NCBI GenBank assembly: GCA_965203515.1
Contig: OZ241907.1
Location: 1,594,129 to 1,658,128 of the forward strand
Origin: Spirochaetia bacterium
GTDB lineage: Bacteria > Spirochaetota > Spirochaetia > SZUA-6 > Bin103
Reading direction: 5' to 3'
Length of the DNA stretch: 64,000 nt
Every line of letters starts with the position of its first letter. The stretch's first letter is position 1. Made by a program: the position numbers and the translations under genes. This document shows, piece after piece, positions 60,520 through 64,000 of the stretch. Under the pieces are notes generated by a model that had not been told where the DNA came from, did no database searches, and saw only the letters and a list, made by a program, of their open reading frames with translations.

Positions 60520-62259
60520 CTACGACGGCCGCAGGACGGCGCCGAACACGGTCAGGCCGTCCTCGGTACCGGGGATGATGGCGGCGGCCCGCAACGTGAA
60601 GGTGCGGACGCCCGCCTCGACCACGGAGATGCGGCCGATCGGCGTGCCGAACTCCGGGAAATAGTGCGAGCGGGGGCTGGCGATGCGCAGGGTGTCGCCC
60701 AGGGCGCCTGCGGCGCCGCGGCCGGCGCCGGCGGACACCTCGACGCGGTGCGGCGTGACCTGCTCGGTGCCGTGCACGGGCGCCGCGATGACCGTCACGG
60801 CGAACGAACCGGGCTGACAGATCCGCACCCGCCACGACAGCGCGCTTTCGGTATCGATCCAGCCGGCGGTCAGGCCGTTGGAGAGGATCTCCAGCGTGGA
60901 CCCCGGCCCGCGCGCCGCCTCGGCCAGGTGCGCGTGCAGGTGGATGGAGCCGTCCGGCTGCTGGACGGTCAACTCGTCGGCTTCGGCAGCGCCGTCGATG
61001 CCCAGCGCCACCACCGGCACGTGCGCGACCGCGCCGAGGTCGGGAAGGGTCAACGTGAGCCGGTCGACGCCGCCGGCATCGGTGCGGTCCTGCGCGACCT
61101 CCACCGGCGCTTCGAGCCCCAGCACCTCGGCGCCGGTCACGCGCGAGCGCAGCCCGTGCACGACCAGCCGGCCGGCCTGCGGCTGCAGCAGGTGGATGAA
61201 CAGCCGGCCCGGCTTGCAGGTCATGCGCAGGGAGTCGTGCTCGTAGGGGAACGGACTGCCGCCGGTGCCATGGATCGCCTCGCCGTTGACCGCCATCCAG
61301 GCGCCGATCGCGCGCAGCCGCTCGGCGCTGGGTTCGGGGATCACCCCGGCCGCGGTCGGTCCGACGTTGAGCAGATAGTTCACCCCCTTGCTGGCCAGGT
61401 CGATCAGCAGCAGGAGCAGCGTGGAGACCGATTTCCAGTGGTGATCGGTGCTCTTGTAACCCCAGGTGTCGTTGAGGGTGGCCGGCGTCTCGTAGTCGGC
61501 GCGCACGCGCCCGGCCGGAATCTGGTTGTCGCCCAGGCTGCCGTAGTCGCCCACGTCATTGCCGATGCGGCCGCTGACCAGACACTCCGGCTGCAGGCGG
61601 TGCACGAAGTCGCGCAGCTCGATGCTGTGCTCGCGGCTGATGGTGTACGGGGTATCGAACCAGATCAGGCCGATCGGCCCGTATTGGGTCAGCAGTTCGC
61701 GAAGCTGCGGCTTGACCTTGCGCTCCAGATAGGCGGCGAAGTCCTTGCCGCCCTCGTCGAAGTCCCAGTCGTTGCGCGACCCGTCCGGGTCGTGCCAGTC
61801 CTGATCCTGCGAGTAATAGAGGCCGAGCTTGATGCCGGCGGCAGCGCATTCCTGCGCCAGTTCCGCCAGCGGGTCGCGGCCGAAGGGGGTGGCGTCGACG
61901 ACGTTGTAGGGACAGCACGGCGAACGGAACAGCGCAAACCCGTCGTGGTGCTTGGTGGTGATCACCAGGTAGCGCATGCCGGCCTGCACCGCCAGCTCCA
62001 CCCAGGCGCGGGCGTCGAAGCGCACCGGGTCGAAGCTCCGTGCCAGCTCCGCGTAGCGCTGCCGGGGAATGCGCTTGCGAAACATGATCCACTCGCCGAT
62101 CCCCGGCACCTCCTCGCCCTCCCACACGCCGGCGGGGATGGCGTACAGACCCCAGTGGATGAACATGCCGAAGCGCGCTTCGCGCCACCACCCCAGCCCC
62201 GGATGGTCGACCGCCGCGGCCGCGTTACGGCCGCGCATCCGCTCGCGCCAGCTCATCAT
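60520..62259 (-). CDS. GH29 alpha-L-fucosidase
   Basis: WWREARFGMFIHWGLY, TTKHHDGF, IWFD, LLNVGP. Start approximate. Confidence 0.93.
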   Translation of the reverse strand: MMSWRERMRGRNAAAAVDHPGLGWWREARFGMFIHWGLYAIPAGVWEGEEVPGIGEWIMFRKRIPRQRYAELARSFDPVRFDARAWVELAVQAGMRYLVITTKHHDGFALFRSPCCPYNVVDATPFGRDPLAELAQECAAAGIKLGLYYSQDQDWHDPDGSRNDWDFDEGGKDFAAYLERKVKPQLRELLTQYGPIGLIWFDTPYTISREHSIELRDFVHRLQPECLVSGRIGNDVGDYGSLGDNQIPAGRVRADYETPATLNDTWGYKSTDHHWKSVSTLLLLLIDLASKGVNYLLNVGPTAAGVIPEPSAERLRAIGAWMAVNGEAIHGTGGSPFPYEHDSLRMTCKPGRLFIHLLQPQAGRLVVHGLRSRVTGAEVLGLEAPVEVAQDRTDAGGVDRLTLTLPDLGAVAHVPVVALGIDGAAEADELTVQQPDGSIHLHAHLAEAARGPGSTLEILSNGLTAGWIDTESALSWRVRICQPGSFAVTVIAAPVHGTEQVTPHRVEVSAGAGRGAAGALGDTLRIASPRSHYFPEFGTPIGRISVVEAGVRTFTLRAAAIIPGTEDGLTVFGAVLRPS

Positions 62260-62288
62260 CTCTGCGATGGATGGGTCATACTCCTTCC

Positions 62289-64000
62289 GTGCCATCGACC
62301 GCAAGCGCCGCGGCCGCCATCCGGGTGGGACAGATTCTGAGCGGCCCGCTGTTCAGCGAGCCGATGCTGGTGGAGACGGTGCGTTCGAACGGGCCGGACA
62401 CCTGGATCGCGGGTCTGGTCGGCCGGCAGTCGGAGCGGTTTCGGCGGGTCACGCTGACCGCGGCCGACCTCGCCGCGCTGACCATCGCCGACGCCGCCCG
62501 CTCCTATGACGGCGACGGCCGGCTGCTGCGCCTCGCCCTGCAGGCCTACGCGCTCGGCATCGCCTACGAGTTCGAGCCCTACTTCGGGCTGTCGATCTCA
62601 CGGGTGGACCCGTTGCCGCATCAGCTCGAAGCGGTCTACGAACACCTCCTCAAGCTGCCGCGCGTGCGCTTCCTGCTGGCCGACGACGCCGGCGCCGGCA
62701 AGACGATCATGGCCGGCCTCTTGATCCGCGAGCTCAAGCTGCGCGGTCTGATCGAACGCATCCTGGTGGTCGGCCCCGCGAACCTGGCGTTCCAGTGGCA
62801 GCGCGAGCTCAACGAGAAGTTCGAGGAGCGGTTCGTCGTGCTGAAGGGCGCCGACCTGCGCGGCCAGTTCGGCGTCAACCAGTGGCTGGAGCAGCGGCAG
62901 GTCATCACCTCGCTCGACCTGGCCAAGCGCGCCGACATCCTGCCCGGACTGGCGCAGGTGCGCTGGGACCTGGTGATCGTCGACGAGGCGCACCGCATGT
63001 CGGCGCGGGACGAGACCCACAAGAGCCAGCGCTACCGGCTGGGCGAGCTGCTGCGCGACCGCGCCGATCACGTGCTGCTGCTGACCGCCACCCCGCACAA
63101 GGGCGACGCCGGCAACTTCACGCTGTTCCTGCAGCTCCTCGACCGGGACGCCTACGCCGACGTGACCTCGATCCGCCGGGCGATGGAGCAGCGGCGCGCC
63201 CCGTTCTACCTGCGCCGCACCAAGGAGGCGATGGTCTACTTCCCGGAGCGGCAGGAGAACGGCGCCTGGACCGCCCGGCCGGTATTCACCAAGCGCATCG
63301 CGCGTACCGCCGGCTTCGCCATCGACAGCGCCGAGCACGAGCTCTACCGCACGGTCACGCGCTTCGTGAAACGGCAGAGCGCCCGCGCCGCGGCGCAGGA
63401 CGACGACCCGCGGGCGCGCGCCGTGGGATTCCTGATGGCGCTGTACCAGCGGCGCCTGGCGTCGAGCACCCATGCCCTGCGGCGGTCGCTCGAAAACCGG
63501 GCGCGGCGCCTGGAGGAGGGACTGAGCCGCGCCCGCGAGCTGCTGCGCACGGCGCCGCCGCAGCTTCCCGATCAGGAGGAGCTCGACGAGCTCGAAGACG
63601 CCGAGCGCGAACGGCTGGAGCGCATCCTGGAGGCGGTCACGCTGGCCGGCAACGCCGCGCAGGTGCGGGAGGAAGCCGCCGAGCTGCGCGGCCTGGCGCG
63701 GCAGGCGCAGGCGGTCGAAGCCGCGGGCAGCGAGGCGAAGCTGCGCCGCTTGCGGTCGATCATGCGGGATGAGGGGTTCTTCGACCGGCCCGGCCAGCGG
63801 TTGCTGATCTTCACCGAGTTCCGGGACACGCTCGACTACCTGCTGGAGCGGCTCACGGCGTGGGGCTTCGCGGCGGGCTGCATCCACGGCGGCATGAAGC
63901 CGGGCGCGCGCGACGAACCGGGGACGCGGCTGCACGCCGAGCAGCGGTTCCGCGACGGCGAGATCCAGGTGCTGGTCGCCACCGAGGCGGCCGGCGAAGG
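62289..64000 (+). CDS. SNF2-like helicase, partial (runs off window end)
   Basis: Manual translation (absent from the ORF track): VDPLPHQLEAVY, FLLADDAGAGKT, IVDEAH, LLTATPH, LRRTKE, LLIFTEFRDT, VLVATEAAGE. GTG 62289 lies 6 nt below CATACT. Confidence 0.92.
   Translation, partial: MPSTASAAAAIRVGQILSGPLFSEPMLVETVRSNGPDTWIAGLVGRQSERFRRVTLTAADLAALTIADAARSYDGDGRLLRLALQAYALGIAYEFEPYFGLSISRVDPLPHQLEAVYEHLLKLPRVRFLLADDAGAGKTIMAGLLIRELKLRGLIERILVVGPANLAFQWQRELNEKFEERFVVLKGADLRGQFGVNQWLEQRQVITSLDLAKRADILPGLAQVRWDLVIVDEAHRMSARDETHKSQRYRLGELLRDRADHVLLLTATPHKGDAGNFTLFLQLLDRDAYADVTSIRRAMEQRRAPFYLRRTKEAMVYFPERQENGAWTARPVFTKRIARTAGFAIDSAEHELYRTVTRFVKRQSARAAAQDDDPRARAVGFLMALYQRRLASSTHALRRSLENRARRLEEGLSRARELLRTAPPQLPDQEELDELEDAERERLERILEAVTLAGNAAQVREEAAELRGLARQAQAVEAAGSEAKLRRLRSIMRDEGFFDRPGQRLLIFTEFRDTLDYLLERLTAWGFAAGCIHGGMKPGARDEPGTRLHAEQRFRDGEIQVLVATEAAGE

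Overview
Very GC-rich bacterial chromosomal window. The murC-yicC-cmk-rpoZ-miaA block and the form of RpoZ suggest a spirochaete. Sulfatases, PhyH dioxygenases, Rpn genes and restriction remnants resemble host-associated (e.g. sponge symbiont) genomes. Both points are inference. The window holds core genes, three tRNAs (Glu, Val, Asn), a copper module with a CueR-type promoter, many catabolic enzymes and a GldAFG-like ABC operon. Defence-related loci are a three-gene metallo-beta-lactamase-fold operon, a shattered type I R-M locus containing an rpn gene, HEPN-MNT, a split McrB plus McrC, and a partial SNF2 helicase. The most striking signal is three dispersed paralogous lipoprotein genes (456-2699, 32292-33571, 58510-60270). 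Each has an even number (14, 6, 10) of ~40-aa GSGYTSAPTV repeats arranged symmetrically about a central turn, inserted between a conserved N-terminal domain and a conserved C-terminal motif. All four long G/C homopolymers I found in the window (17-23 nt) lie in or just upstream of these genes, and one copy is frameshifted at its tract. This suggests a phase-variable family of nested, out-and-back surface stalk proteins. Many genes also appear to be transcribed leaderless.
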